NCBI GenBank assembly: GCA_964486825.1
Contig: CAZAQS010000001.1
Span: forward strand, 4,386 to 68,385
Source: an uncultured Anaerolineaceae bacterium
GTDB taxonomy: Bacteria > Chloroflexota > Anaerolineae > Anaerolineales > UBA4823
DNA length: 64,000 nucleotides
Reading direction: 5' to 3'
In this document: positions 18,534 to 28,309 of the stretch, piece after piece
Numbering within the stretch: the stretch's first letter is position 1
Layout of the letters: every line of letters starts with the position of its first letter
The notes under the pieces: model-generated
Databases searched by the model: none
What the model was told of the DNA's origin: nothing
Seen by the model: the letters and a program-made list of their open reading frames with translations, nothing else
Position numbers and translations under genes: made by a program

Positions 18534-19577
18534 TTATTTCAGGTTTTCATCGCTAGATATTTCGTTCGTGAACTTGTCTACAAAAGCCTTCTTGTTCTGA
18601 CCGGCCCAATCGAAGTCATAGTTGATCAACTTGACTTCCAAAAGCTCCGGATAAGAGAGCTCGACGCCCTTGACAGTCGGGGCCTGGTAGGCATGGTACT
18701 TAGGTCCAAGAGCCTGCCCTTCAGAGCTAAGCGCCCAATCGAACCATTTCTGAGCCGCATCCAGGTGCTTTGCGCCCTTGACGATGGCCATGCCCCCGAT
18801 CTCGTAGCCGGTGCCTTCAGCTGGGAAGGTCAAAACCAGAGGCGCTTTATTGTCATCGATCTCGTGGATGATGTCATGGGAGAAGACGATCGCCACAGCG
18901 GCTTCACCTTGACCGACGAATTTAGCCGGGGCCGCGCCGCTCTTCGTAAATTGGGCCATCTGGCTTGCATATTTCCTCAAGTACTCCCATCCTTCCTGTT
19001 CTCCCCTCAGCTGCAGTACAGTTGCCATAGCCGTGTAGGAGGTACCGGAGGTGGAAGGATGCGCGACCATCAACTGGCCTTCGAATTCGGGTTTCAGCAA
19101 ATCATCCCAGGAGGTGGGAGCCTGAACTCCCGGATGGTCATTCAACCAGTTTTGGTTGGTGGCGAATCCCAGCGAGCCAACGTAGATCCCTACCCAGAAG
19201 TTATCTGGATCTTTGTACAGGACCGGATCGATCAAGTTGGAATAGTTAGGAGAATCATATGCCTGGAGTACATCTGCTTCTTTAGCAGCGATAAACGAGT
19301 CGATCGGGCCGCCCCACCAGATATCAAATTGGGGATTGTCCTTCTCAGCCTGAAGCCTGGCTAAAGCTTCTCCACTGGACATCCTCACGTAATTGACCGT
19401 GATATTGTTCTCCGCTTCAAATTCTTGCTTCATACCCTGGCACCACTCTTCCTGGGGGGTGCACAGGACATTGAGTTCCGTGCTGGCTACCTGCTGAGGT
19501 TGGCAGGCTGTCAAGAGCATACCCGACAACAAGATAGCCAGTACGAGGATTCCCAACACGCGGTGGTTAGCTTTCAT
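18534..19577 (-). CDS. ABC importer substrate-binding lipoprotein (Fe3+/polyamine-type family 1 SBP)
   Basis: 347 aa with signal peptide and lipobox (LLTAC). The fold resembles AfuA/FbpA/PotD (FDIWWGGPID...). Confidence 0.7.
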   Translation of the reverse strand: MKANHRVLGILVLAILLSGMLLTACQPQQVASTELNVLCTPQEEWCQGMKQEFEAENNITVNYVRMSSGEALARLQAEKDNPQFDIWWGGPIDSFIAAKEADVLQAYDSPNYSNLIDPVLYKDPDNFWVGIYVGSLGFATNQNWLNDHPGVQAPTSWDDLLKPEFEGQLMVAHPSTSGTSYTAMATVLQLRGEQEGWEYLRKYASQMAQFTKSGAAPAKFVGQGEAAVAIVFSHDIIHEIDDNKAPLVLTFPAEGTGYEIGGMAIVKGAKHLDAAQKWFDWALSSEGQALGPKYHAYQAPTVKGVELSYPELLEVKLINYDFDWAGQNKKAFVDKFTNEISSDENLK

Positions 19578-19918
19578 TTTCTTCTCCTTTGTTAAATATG
19601 GAAATAATTTTCCGGGATGGATTGGAATGGAATGGAATTCTTAGGTCAACCTCCTTTCTCCGTCTTGCTGAGAACCAAGATCGGCAATAAGCAGTGGAAA
19701 GGCCTACTTATCCTAACCCCCTGGATGTGTCTGCTTTATCATAAAGGAAGGACTGATTTGCAAAGGAAACCCCGGCGGGTATGCCCAAATCCAACCCTCT
19801 TCCAACCAATACGTTTACAGCGCTGAAAAGATGGCCTCCCATTTGCACATACCCACTGAATTCATTCTGTTCAACTAAACACCAACAAGATAGACGATAT
19901 TATAGCATCAATCTTGTT

Positions 19919-20941
19919 TCAGCCAATTTCCGATAGCTTTACCGGTCTGTTTTCTTCATACGATTTCCGGGCAGCCAGACCCATCAGAACTGGGATCCGG
20001 CCATCGATCCCCTGAACTGGCGGTAAAGAGTCTTGCCAGATGCATTCCACGAATTCCCGCATCTCCAATAGGAAGGAATCGGTATAGCGCTCCAGGAAAA
20101 AGTACAACGGTTTTGCAGAATGCACACCTTCCTGGTTACTGTAGGTGTGTGTATCTGGAGTGTTATTGCTCACGGCAACCATCCCCAATGATCCAAAAAC
20201 CTCAACCCGCTGGTCATATCCGTAGACTGCCTGCCGGCTATTGTCGATTGTACCAAGGGCGCCGTTCTCGAAATGAAGGGTTACGATGGCGGTATCGATA
20301 TCGCCCGCTGCTCCGATCTGCGGATCGACCTTCACCCCAGCCGCTGCGTACACCTGGGTTACTTCACTGCACATCAGGTAGCGCGCCATGTCGAAATCAT
20401 GGATAGTCATATCCAGGAACATGCCTCCTGAGACTTTGACGTATTCCAGCGGGGGCGGAGCAGGGTCGCGGCTGGTAATCCGCAAGATATGCGGTTCGCC
20501 AATTTTTCCCTCGCTGATCATTAGGTAAACTTTTCGGAAGTTGGGATCAAAGCGCCGGTTAAAACCGATCTGCAGCTTTACGCCCGCCATTTCCACGGCC
20601 TGCAGCGCCGCGTCGATCCTGGCAAGATTGTGATCGATAGGCTTCTCACAAAAGATATGCTTACCGGCCTGCGCGGCTTCTATGACCATCTGTGCATGAA
20701 CGTCTGTGGAGGAGCAAATTGCAACCGCTTCGATGGTAGGATCAGCCAGGATTTCCTTGTAATCAGGCGTGGCTGTAGGGACATGCAGGCGAGCAGCCGT
20801 TTCCTGAGCAGCGGCCAGGTTGAGGTCCGCGATGCTTGAGACTTCCACCCCGGGAATTCGGGATGCCAGGTTCTCGGCATGCAACTTACCAATCCGCCCG
20901 GAGCCGATCACACCAAACCTGATCTTTTCTCTTTCAGGCAT
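19919..20941 (-). CDS. iolG: Gfo/Idh/MocA oxidoreductase, probable inositol 2-dehydrogenase paralogue
   Basis: 340 aa with the N-terminal IRFGVIGSGRIGKLHA Rossmann motif and an EKP motif. It lies in the iol cluster. Confidence 0.6.
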   Translation of the reverse strand: MPEREKIRFGVIGSGRIGKLHAENLASRIPGVEVSSIADLNLAAAQETAARLHVPTATPDYKEILADPTIEAVAICSSTDVHAQMVIEAAQAGKHIFCEKPIDHNLARIDAALQAVEMAGVKLQIGFNRRFDPNFRKVYLMISEGKIGEPHILRITSRDPAPPPLEYVKVSGGMFLDMTIHDFDMARYLMCSEVTQVYAAAGVKVDPQIGAAGDIDTAIVTLHFENGALGTIDNSRQAVYGYDQRVEVFGSLGMVAVSNNTPDTHTYSNQEGVHSAKPLYFFLERYTDSFLLEMREFVECIWQDSLPPVQGIDGRIPVLMGLAARKSYEENRPVKLSEIG

Positions 20942-20975
20942 TTTCTTGGTCTCCTTATTTTTTACCCTACATGTA

Positions 20976-21875
20976 CTATAAGCCCAGTTGAGCCAGGTAA
21001 TCCCGGTTGCGCTTGGCAGATTCCCTGGGGCTCCCCATGCTGGGGAGCACGTCTTGCTCCACCACGACCCAACCTTCGTAGCCCATGTGCTTCAGCTCAT
21101 CTATGATGGCAGGGAAATCAATATCACCCTTGCCCAACTCGCAAAAGATGCCATTCCTTACCGCACCAAAATAATCCCAACCATGGGTGCGTGCATGGGA
21201 AGCTACCTGGGGCTCGTGGTCTTTGAAGTGGACATGCCAGATACGATCCGCATGCTTACAAAGCCCTTCCAGAGCGTCTCCACCTCCAAAACGGTAATGA
21301 CCGGTGTCATAACACAGACCCACCAGCTCCGGATCGGTCATCTGCAACAGCTTCTCGATTTCTGCCGGCGTCTCTACGTAACCAGCGCAATGGTGGTGAA
21401 AGACGGTACGCAGGCCGGTCTCTTCCCGGACGGTTTTGGCAATCCTCTGGACGCCTTCTGAAAAGACCTGCCATTCCGCTTCGCTCAAACCCTGCCCCGG
21501 ACTGATTCTCCCTGCATTGACCGTCCTGAGCGGGTCTTTTCCGTTATCATCCGCCAGGACGATAAAGGGCGACGAGCCTCCTACGGATGCCAGCAGCCTG
21601 GCAGTGCGCACAGCTATGGATTGCCCCGCTTCATGATCATCTCGGTTTGAAAGGTTAACCGGCACGAAGGCCGACAGTATCACCAGGCCGCGCTTCTGGA
21701 GCTCGCTCTGCAGTTGCTCTGGGTCGGTCGGCATGAACCCCCAATCCCCCAGCTCCGTTCCGAGATAGCCGGTCCCGGCCAGCTCGTCCAACACTTGCTG
21801 GTAACCAACTGCTTCTCCTTCCAAATCGAATTCCAGCACACCCCAAGAACAGGGAGCATTTCCAATTTTGATCAT
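20976..21875 (-). CDS. iolE: xylose-isomerase-like TIM barrel, probable inosose dehydratase
   Basis: 299 aa. The motifs [24 protein letters not shown] and GWVVVEQD are colinear with B. subtilis IolE as I recall it. Confidence 0.7.
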   Translation of the reverse strand: MIKIGNAPCSWGVLEFDLEGEAVGYQQVLDELAGTGYLGTELGDWGFMPTDPEQLQSELQKRGLVILSAFVPVNLSNRDDHEAGQSIAVRTARLLASVGGSSPFIVLADDNGKDPLRTVNAGRISPGQGLSEAEWQVFSEGVQRIAKTVREETGLRTVFHHHCAGYVETPAEIEKLLQMTDPELVGLCYDTGHYRFGGGDALEGLCKHADRIWHVHFKDHEPQVASHARTHGWDYFGAVRNGIFCELGKGDIDFPAIIDELKHMGYEGWVVVEQDVLPSMGSPRESAKRNRDYLAQLGL

Positions 21876-21926
21876 CTTAGCTTCCTCTCTATACTGAATT
21901 GGTAATTTTTCAGGTATTTAGAAAAC

Positions 21927-23402
21927 CTAAAACTTGCGCGACCAATCCTTCAGCCAGCGCTCGATGACAACTTTCGTCTGGGTGTAGAATTCCACCGCGT
22001 GTTGGCTCTGCCCGTGCAAGGTCCCGAAGAAGCTTTCCTTCCAACCACTGAAAGGGAAGAAAGCCATAGGAGCAGCTACACCGATATTAATCCCGATATT
22101 GCCGGCCTGGGCTTCGTAACGGAACTTGCGCGCTGCCGCACCACTGCTCGTAAACAGGCAGGCCATATTCCCATATTTGCCACTGTTCACCAACCGGATG
22201 GCCTCATCCACGCTCTCCACGTGCATCATGCCCAATACCGGACCAAACACTTCCGTGTGGGCAAATTCACTTTCCGGGTGGACGTCCTGAAGGATGGTGG
22301 GACGGATGAAATAACCGGATTCATAGCCCTCGATGACTGCCCGGCGACCGTCCACAACCAGTTCTGCCCCATCCTGGACGCCTTTCTGAACCAAGCTCTC
22401 GATCCGATTTTTGCTCTTGTTCGTAATCACCGGACCCATCTCAACTTTTTCATCCAGGCCATTCCCAACCACCCTGGAAGCGGCTAAATCAGCGATCGAT
22501 TCCGTAAACGTGCGTCGTGCATCCCCGACTGTGATCGCCATCGCAGCCGCCAGGCAGCGTTGACCTGCATTCCCGAAGGCGCTGTCTGCCATGATCGTGC
22601 TGGTCAATTCCATGTCCGCATCCGGGAGGATGACGACCGGGTTCTTAGCGCCTCCCTGGGCCTGGACACGTTTCCCACTGGCCGAAGCTCGCGAATAAAT
22701 ATGCCTGGCGACTGGGGTGGAGCCCACGAAACTAACCGCCTGGATACCAGGGTGGTCAAGGATAGCATTAACCGTGTCTGGACCCCCATTGACCATGTTT
22801 ACGACCCCCTTAGGAAAGCCAACCTCTTCCAGCAGCCGGAATACCTTCTGCAAGGTGATGGGGGTCCTCTCGGAGGGCTTTACGATGACCGTATTGCCGC
22901 AGGCCAACGCGTAAGGAAGGAACCAGAAGGGGATCATTCCTGGGAAGTTAAAGGGAGCGATAATCGCACATATGCCAACCGGTTGCCGGATCATATACTC
23001 GTCGACGCCCCTGGCAATATCCTCCAGGATGCCCCCCTGCATCATGGTAGGGATCCCACACGCCACCTCCACATTTTCGATTGCGCGGCGGATTTCACCA
23101 CGCGCCTCCTTGATCGTCTTGCCGTTCTCCATCGTGACGGTGCGCGACAGGTCTTCGAAATGAATTTCCAACAGGTTCTTCAGCTTAAATAGGTATTGTA
23201 TTCTGTCCGGAGCCGGGGTCCTTCGCCAGCCATCAAACGCGGCTTGTGAGGCCTGTACTGCCCTGTCCACTTCAAGTGGGGAAGAAAGCGGGACTTCGGC
23301 CAAAACAAAGCCGCTGGCCGGGTTGATCACTTCTAGGGTTTCACCGGCGCTGGTCCGCCATTCCCCGTCAACATAGTTCAATAATGCTTCGTTCTTTGCC
23401 AT
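21927..23402 (-). CDS. iolA: CoA-acylating methylmalonate/malonate-semialdehyde dehydrogenase
   Basis: 491-aa aldehyde dehydrogenase with MmsA-type motifs ([17 protein letters not shown]). It lies in the iol context. Confidence 0.8.
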   Translation of the reverse strand: MAKNEALLNYVDGEWRTSAGETLEVINPASGFVLAEVPLSSPLEVDRAVQASQAAFDGWRRTPAPDRIQYLFKLKNLLEIHFEDLSRTVTMENGKTIKEARGEIRRAIENVEVACGIPTMMQGGILEDIARGVDEYMIRQPVGICAIIAPFNFPGMIPFWFLPYALACGNTVIVKPSERTPITLQKVFRLLEEVGFPKGVVNMVNGGPDTVNAILDHPGIQAVSFVGSTPVARHIYSRASASGKRVQAQGGAKNPVVILPDADMELTSTIMADSAFGNAGQRCLAAAMAITVGDARRTFTESIADLAASRVVGNGLDEKVEMGPVITNKSKNRIESLVQKGVQDGAELVVDGRRAVIEGYESGYFIRPTILQDVHPESEFAHTEVFGPVLGMMHVESVDEAIRLVNSGKYGNMACLFTSSGAAARKFRYEAQAGNIGINIGVAAPMAFFPFSGWKESFFGTLHGQSQHAVEFYTQTKVVIERWLKDWSRKF

Positions 23403-23469
23403 GATTTACGTCCTTTTTGTAACTTGAGATCCACCAAGACTGATGAATGGAAATGATATTAATGGAAGG

Positions 23470-24498
23470 TCAAACCGCCTCGTGCACCCAAACAGGTCGC
23501 TCTTCATCCAGGGAGATCGTCGCCGCAATACCGATGGCGGTTGCCGCCCTGGCATCCAGTCCTGAGACCCTTGGCTCCCGGTCTTCCTGGATGCATGTCA
23601 CAAAATCTGCAATCTCTGCTGCGTAGGCTTCTCCAAAGCGTTCCATGAAATATGGCACCGTATCGTGAATGACTCCAGCCCGGGTCATCACCAGGGTAGC
23701 CGTTTGTTGCATCTTCCCGATCAGCAAGCCTCCCTCGGAGCCGAGCACCTCACTGCGAATATCGTAACCGTACACCGCGTTGCGACTTACGTCAACATTC
23801 CCGATGGCTCCATTTGCGAACTTGAGGTTCACCACCGCGTTATCGATATCCCCGACCTCGCTCAGTTGCGGGAACACCAGGCAACCGCCCTCGCTGTATA
23901 CCCGCTCGACCTCGCTGCCCATCAACCAGCGAGCGGCATCGAAATCATGTATACCCATATCCAGGATCAAGCCGCCGCTGCTCTCACGACGGGCAAACTC
24001 AAGGCTTGGACACCTCGGATCCCGACCGGTTGACTTGAACATGACCGGGGTTCCAATCACTCCGGCCTCGATCTGCTGTTTTGCCATCATATAAGCCGGG
24101 TCGTAGCGACGCATAAAACCTACCTGAAGGCGGACGCCGGCCGCTTGCGCCGCCTGGATGGCTTCATCGCAGCCCTCCAGCGTCATCGCCAGGGGTTTCT
24201 CACAAAAGATTTGCTTGCCGGCTGCAGCAGCGGCTTTGACCACTTCAACATGACTCTTGGTAGGCGAGGCGATCACGACTGCCTGGATATCGTCCCTTTC
24301 CAACAGCTCCAGGTAATTGCGATAACCGGCCTTAGCGCCATAGCGCTCAACTACCTCCTGCACAGTGCTCTCGCTCAAATCTGCCACTGCTGCTAATTCA
24401 GCTTGTGGGACATTGAAAGCCAGGGTATGCGCAAAGACCCTACCCATCCTGCCTGCTCCGATCAGCCCAATCTGAACGCTCATTGGAGTCCTCCTCAA
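23470..24498 (-). CDS. iolG: Gfo/Idh/MocA oxidoreductase, probable inositol 2-dehydrogenase
   Basis: 342 aa with IGLIGAGRMG and an EKP motif. It is adjacent to iolD. Confidence 0.65.
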   Translation of the reverse strand: MRRTPMSVQIGLIGAGRMGRVFAHTLAFNVPQAELAAVADLSESTVQEVVERYGAKAGYRNYLELLERDDIQAVVIASPTKSHVEVVKAAAAAGKQIFCEKPLAMTLEGCDEAIQAAQAAGVRLQVGFMRRYDPAYMMAKQQIEAGVIGTPVMFKSTGRDPRCPSLEFARRESSGGLILDMGIHDFDAARWLMGSEVERVYSEGGCLVFPQLSEVGDIDNAVVNLKFANGAIGNVDVSRNAVYGYDIRSEVLGSEGGLLIGKMQQTATLVMTRAGVIHDTVPYFMERFGEAYAAEIADFVTCIQEDREPRVSGLDARAATAIGIAATISLDEERPVWVHEAV

Positions 24499-24522
24499 AA
24501 AACGGCTACCGTGCTCTATCGG

Positions 24523-26385
24523 CTACAGGAAATAACGCTCTTTTTTCAGCGCTTCCTCGTACTGTTTGCGCGCCTCTCGGACGCTCTCCATCTCCGAAAC
24601 CTCCGCCACCGCTACATCCCACCACGATTCGTACCCGGGGACGCGCTGCTCGAGGTCAGTCTCCACTACAATAACCGTCGTCTGTGTCTCCTGCGCTGCA
24701 GCCTTCAGTGCTTCCTGCAGTGAAACGATATCCTTTGCTTCGTAAACACAGGCGCCCAGGCTGCGAGCGTTGGCTGCATAATCAACTTCCAGACGCTCCC
24801 CCTCCAACATGCCGGTCTCCGGGTCCCGGTAGAGGTAACGTGTCCCGAACCTCTCGCTACCAACCGACTCTGACAGGCCGCCAATGCTGGCATAGCCGTA
24901 ATTATTGAGCAAGATGATATTGAGCTTATAGCCTTCCTGAATGGAGGTGACGATATCCGAGGAAAGCATCAAATAGGAGCCGTCCCCAACCATCACGTAG
25001 ATTTCTCGCCCGGGAGCGGCCATTTTGACGCCCAGTCCACCGGCGATCTCGTAACCCATGCAGGAATATCCGTACTCCATATGGTAGCCTTTGGGATCCC
25101 GCGTCCGCCACAGCTTATGCAGGTCACCGGGCAGGCTGCCAGCCGCACAAACCAGCACGTCCTGGGACTCAGAGGCCTGGTTCACAGCTCCCACCACCTC
25201 CCCCTGGCTAACCGGCGGGCCATGTCGCAAGTTGTAGATCCGCTCTACCTCGGCATCCCATTCCCGATTGAACTGCGCTGCTCTCTCCCGGTACTCGTCC
25301 TGGGTGTCATAGCCTTTCAATGCAACCCGCAACTCTTCCAATATAACCCGTGCATCACCCACCAGGGGAAGCGCGTAGTGCTTGTAAGCATCAAATTCTG
25401 TCACATTGATATTGATAAAACGAACCTGCGGGTTTTGGAAGGCGGTCTTGGAAGCGGTAGTGAAATCGCTGTAGCGCGTACCAACACCGATCACCAGGTC
25501 CGCCTCGCGTGCCATGATATTCGCCCCCGGTGTACCGGTCACCCCTATCGCCCCCAACGCCAGGGGATGGTCGTATTTCATTGAGCCCTTTCCGGCCTGC
25601 GTTTCTCCTACCGGGATACCTGTCTGGTCGGTGAATGCCAGCAAGGCCTGGGTGGCTTCACTATAGATTACCCCGCCTCCTGCTACGATGATGGGTTTCG
25701 TGCTGGAGCGAATCCATTCGGCCGCTCGTTTCAGCAGCTCAATATCCGGCCTAGGACGCGGGATGGTCCAGATGCGTTTCTCGAACAGCTCGTCCGGGTA
25801 ATCGTAAGCTTCTGTCTGCACGTCTTGAGGCAAAGCCAGGGTTACCGCGCCTGTTTCAGCAGGTGAGGTTAAAATGCGCATTGCCTCCGGCAGCGCGGTG
25901 ATGACTTGCTCGGGACGGTTAATGCGGTCCCAATATCGGGAGATGGGCTTAAAGCAATCATTCACCGAGATATCCTGGGAAGAAGGACTCTCCAACTGCT
26001 GTAGGACCGGAGCAACGTTCCGCCGGGCAAAGATATCACCAGGCAGAAGCAGCACAGGCACCCGGTTAATGGTAGCACCCGCGGCAGCTGTGATCATATT
26101 CGTCGCCCCTGGTCCGATCGAAGAAGTGCAGACCATTGCACGCTTGCGGTTGCTCATCTTGGCGAAGGCAGCCGCAATATGTACCATGGCCTGCTCATTG
26201 CGGGTCTGGTAATAGCGAAAATCAGGGTTCTGCTGAAGGGCTTGCCCGATCCCGGCTACGATCCCGTGCCCGAAAATTCCGAAAACGCCGGCGAAGAATT
26301 TCTCCTGGTTTCCGTCCCGTTCCACGTATTGGTTCTTCAGGAAGGCGATCACTGCCTGCGCCATGGTCAAACGAGTTGTTTTCAT
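24523..26385 (-). CDS. iolD: 3D-(3,5/4)-trihydroxycyclohexane-1,2-dione acylhydrolase (TPP enzyme)
   Basis: 620 aa. The N-terminus (TRLTMAQAVIAFLKNQYVERDG...FGHG) is characteristic of IolD, and a TPP-binding GDGSYLM motif is present. Confidence 0.85.
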   Translation of the reverse strand: MKTTRLTMAQAVIAFLKNQYVERDGNQEKFFAGVFGIFGHGIVAGIGQALQQNPDFRYYQTRNEQAMVHIAAAFAKMSNRKRAMVCTSSIGPGATNMITAAAGATINRVPVLLLPGDIFARRNVAPVLQQLESPSSQDISVNDCFKPISRYWDRINRPEQVITALPEAMRILTSPAETGAVTLALPQDVQTEAYDYPDELFEKRIWTIPRPRPDIELLKRAAEWIRSSTKPIIVAGGGVIYSEATQALLAFTDQTGIPVGETQAGKGSMKYDHPLALGAIGVTGTPGANIMAREADLVIGVGTRYSDFTTASKTAFQNPQVRFININVTEFDAYKHYALPLVGDARVILEELRVALKGYDTQDEYRERAAQFNREWDAEVERIYNLRHGPPVSQGEVVGAVNQASESQDVLVCAAGSLPGDLHKLWRTRDPKGYHMEYGYSCMGYEIAGGLGVKMAAPGREIYVMVGDGSYLMLSSDIVTSIQEGYKLNIILLNNYGYASIGGLSESVGSERFGTRYLYRDPETGMLEGERLEVDYAANARSLGACVYEAKDIVSLQEALKAAAQETQTTVIVVETDLEQRVPGYESWWDVAVAEVSEMESVREARKQYEEALKKERYFL

Positions 26386-26421
26386 TCGTTCTCTCCAATC
26401 ATTTTTCGCGACCTTTGACCA

Positions 26422-27207
26422 TCAAGATATGCGCTTACCCGTGATCAGGTCTGCGATATCCTCCTGGGTAAGCTCGCCTTTATGGTATGTACCGACATTC
26501 TGTCCCTGTCGAATGATGGTATAGCTGTCGGCGACCATATACACATGGTTGACATTGTGGGTGATAAAGATCACCGCCAGGCCCCGCTGGCGAGCATTTT
26601 CGATATAACTCAAAACCTTGCGCGTCTCTCCTACTGAAAGAGCAGAAGTAGGTTCATCCAGGATGAGCACTTTTGCACCAAAGTGGACACCCCTGCCGAT
26701 AGCGATGGACTGGCGCTCACCACCTGAAAGGCTGCCCACGCGTTCAGAGGCCGAGCGGACCTCGATGCCGATATCGGCGAGCGATCTCCGGCATTGCTCG
26801 TTCATCTCCTTGATATCCAGCCAGCTTAACGGTCCCAGCTTTTTGACCAGCTCTCTTCCCAAAAAGAAATTCCGTGAAATGCTCATCAGGTTCACCAGGG
26901 CCAGGTCCTGGTAAACGGTTTCGATGCCGATGGCGCGTGCATCCCTGGGAGAATTGATCTGGATCGGCTTTCCTTCAAAATATATGGTCCCGCGCGTGGG
27001 AGGGTAGACGCCCGTCAATACTTTAATCAGCGTGGACTTGCCAGCCCCGTTATCCCCTAACAATGCCCGCACCTCACCTGCATCCACTTCAAAATCCACG
27101 CCTTTCAAGGCCGTTATCGTCCCAAACTGCTTCACAATCTGAACCATCTTGACCATGGGCGTCTCCCTGCCAGGATTGGATAAATCCGCCATTTTCACTC
27201 TCCTCAT
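26422..27207 (-). CDS. sugar ABC transporter ATP-binding protein, single NBD
   Basis: 261 aa with GDNGAGKST, LSGGERQSIAIGR and LILDEPTSAL. Only one nucleotide-binding domain is present. Confidence 0.85.
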   Translation of the reverse strand: MRRVKMADLSNPGRETPMVKMVQIVKQFGTITALKGVDFEVDAGEVRALLGDNGAGKSTLIKVLTGVYPPTRGTIYFEGKPIQINSPRDARAIGIETVYQDLALVNLMSISRNFFLGRELVKKLGPLSWLDIKEMNEQCRRSLADIGIEVRSASERVGSLSGGERQSIAIGRGVHFGAKVLILDEPTSALSVGETRKVLSYIENARQRGLAVIFITHNVNHVYMVADSYTIIRQGQNVGTYHKGELTQEDIADLITGKRIS

Positions 27208-27234
27208 AGCGCTTGTCTAGCGCCAGCGCCCCGG

Positions 27235-28260
27235 TTAGCGCCGCTCACGAAGCCATTTATTTAAAATTACCGCTGCAATGATCGTTACACCCACGATTGC
27301 TTCAAAATTATCCGCCGGTATAAAGGGGATGTTCAGGAGAACGACACCCGTACGCAAAGTGCTGATTAATAAGACCCCGATCAGGGCTCCCCAAATGCTG
27401 CCCATACCACCCTGCAGGAGCGTGCCTCCCACCACAGCTGCCGCAATCGCGCTCAGCTCTATCCCGGCTCCCGATGCGACCCGGATGGTCGTAAATTGGC
27501 TGAACAGCAGGACGCCAGCAAAGCCAGCCAGAGCTCCTGAAATCACAAAAGCGAATACCTTGGTCCGTTTTACGTTGACGCCCTGCACCATGGCTGCCCC
27601 CGGATTACCTCCAACAGCAAAAATATGGTTCCCAAACCGGGTGCGCGTCAGCAAGTACTGGCAAAAGATAGCCAGGCCGATCAACCAAAGTGCAGCAGTG
27701 CGGAAATTTGCGCCGGTCCATAGGTCGTTGACCACGTCCAAACGCCCATTGAAGACGTTAAAGATGGGGTATTTCTCTACGATCTGTAACAGCGCCCCTC
27801 CTGAAACCACCCAAACCAATCCCCTGTAGATATATCGGGTTCCCAAGGTAACGATAAATGAAGGAATATTGGTACTAATCAAGATCAAACCGTTGACCGC
27901 TCCCAATATGCCTGGAACCAGGATAGCGAGCAATACACCTAGATAAGGATTTCCATTCTCGACGTTCATGGCAAACAGATATCCCCCCATGGCTACCAGC
28001 GCGCCTACGGACAGGTCAAATTCTCCCGAGATCATCAATAAAGTAATGCCAATTGTGACAACACCCGTCAGTGTAGCAGCATTGATAATGCCAGAAATAG
28101 ACCGGACGGTGAGGAAATTATTCACGAAAATTGCGAACAGGACAATGACGATCAGGATCGTAGCTATGGGACCCGCAATAGTCGATTCAGCAAAAAGGCT
28201 GCGCAGGTTCTTCTGCCATGTAACGGTCGAATTCATACCTAAACTCCAGGCTGTACTCAT
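27235..28260 (-). CDS. sugar ABC transporter permease (RbsC/CUT2 type), copy 1
   Basis: 341 aa and polytopic, with ISGEFDLSVGA and GGTLLQGGMGS motifs. Confidence 0.8.
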   Translation of the reverse strand: MSTAWSLGMNSTVTWQKNLRSLFAESTIAGPIATILIVIVLFAIFVNNFLTVRSISGIINAATLTGVVTIGITLLMISGEFDLSVGALVAMGGYLFAMNVENGNPYLGVLLAILVPGILGAVNGLILISTNIPSFIVTLGTRYIYRGLVWVVSGGALLQIVEKYPIFNVFNGRLDVVNDLWTGANFRTAALWLIGLAIFCQYLLTRTRFGNHIFAVGGNPGAAMVQGVNVKRTKVFAFVISGALAGFAGVLLFSQFTTIRVASGAGIELSAIAAAVVGGTLLQGGMGSIWGALIGVLLISTLRTGVVLLNIPFIPADNFEAIVGVTIIAAVILNKWLRERR

Positions 28261-28309
28261 GCCCGGAATGGGCTGACCTTTCAGCCCATTCCGGCGCCCA
28301 CAAAAACGT

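Noticed and set aside
18492-19364. 290-aa ORF antisense to the ABC substrate-binding protein.
   Set aside because: Same reasoning as above: an antisense shadow ORF with no family resemblance.
19617-19637. GGATT-(GGAAT)3 pentanucleotide microrepeat.
   Set aside because: Only about four units, lying in the 5' UTR just upstream of the SBP start. It is most likely chance or a trivial slippage tract.
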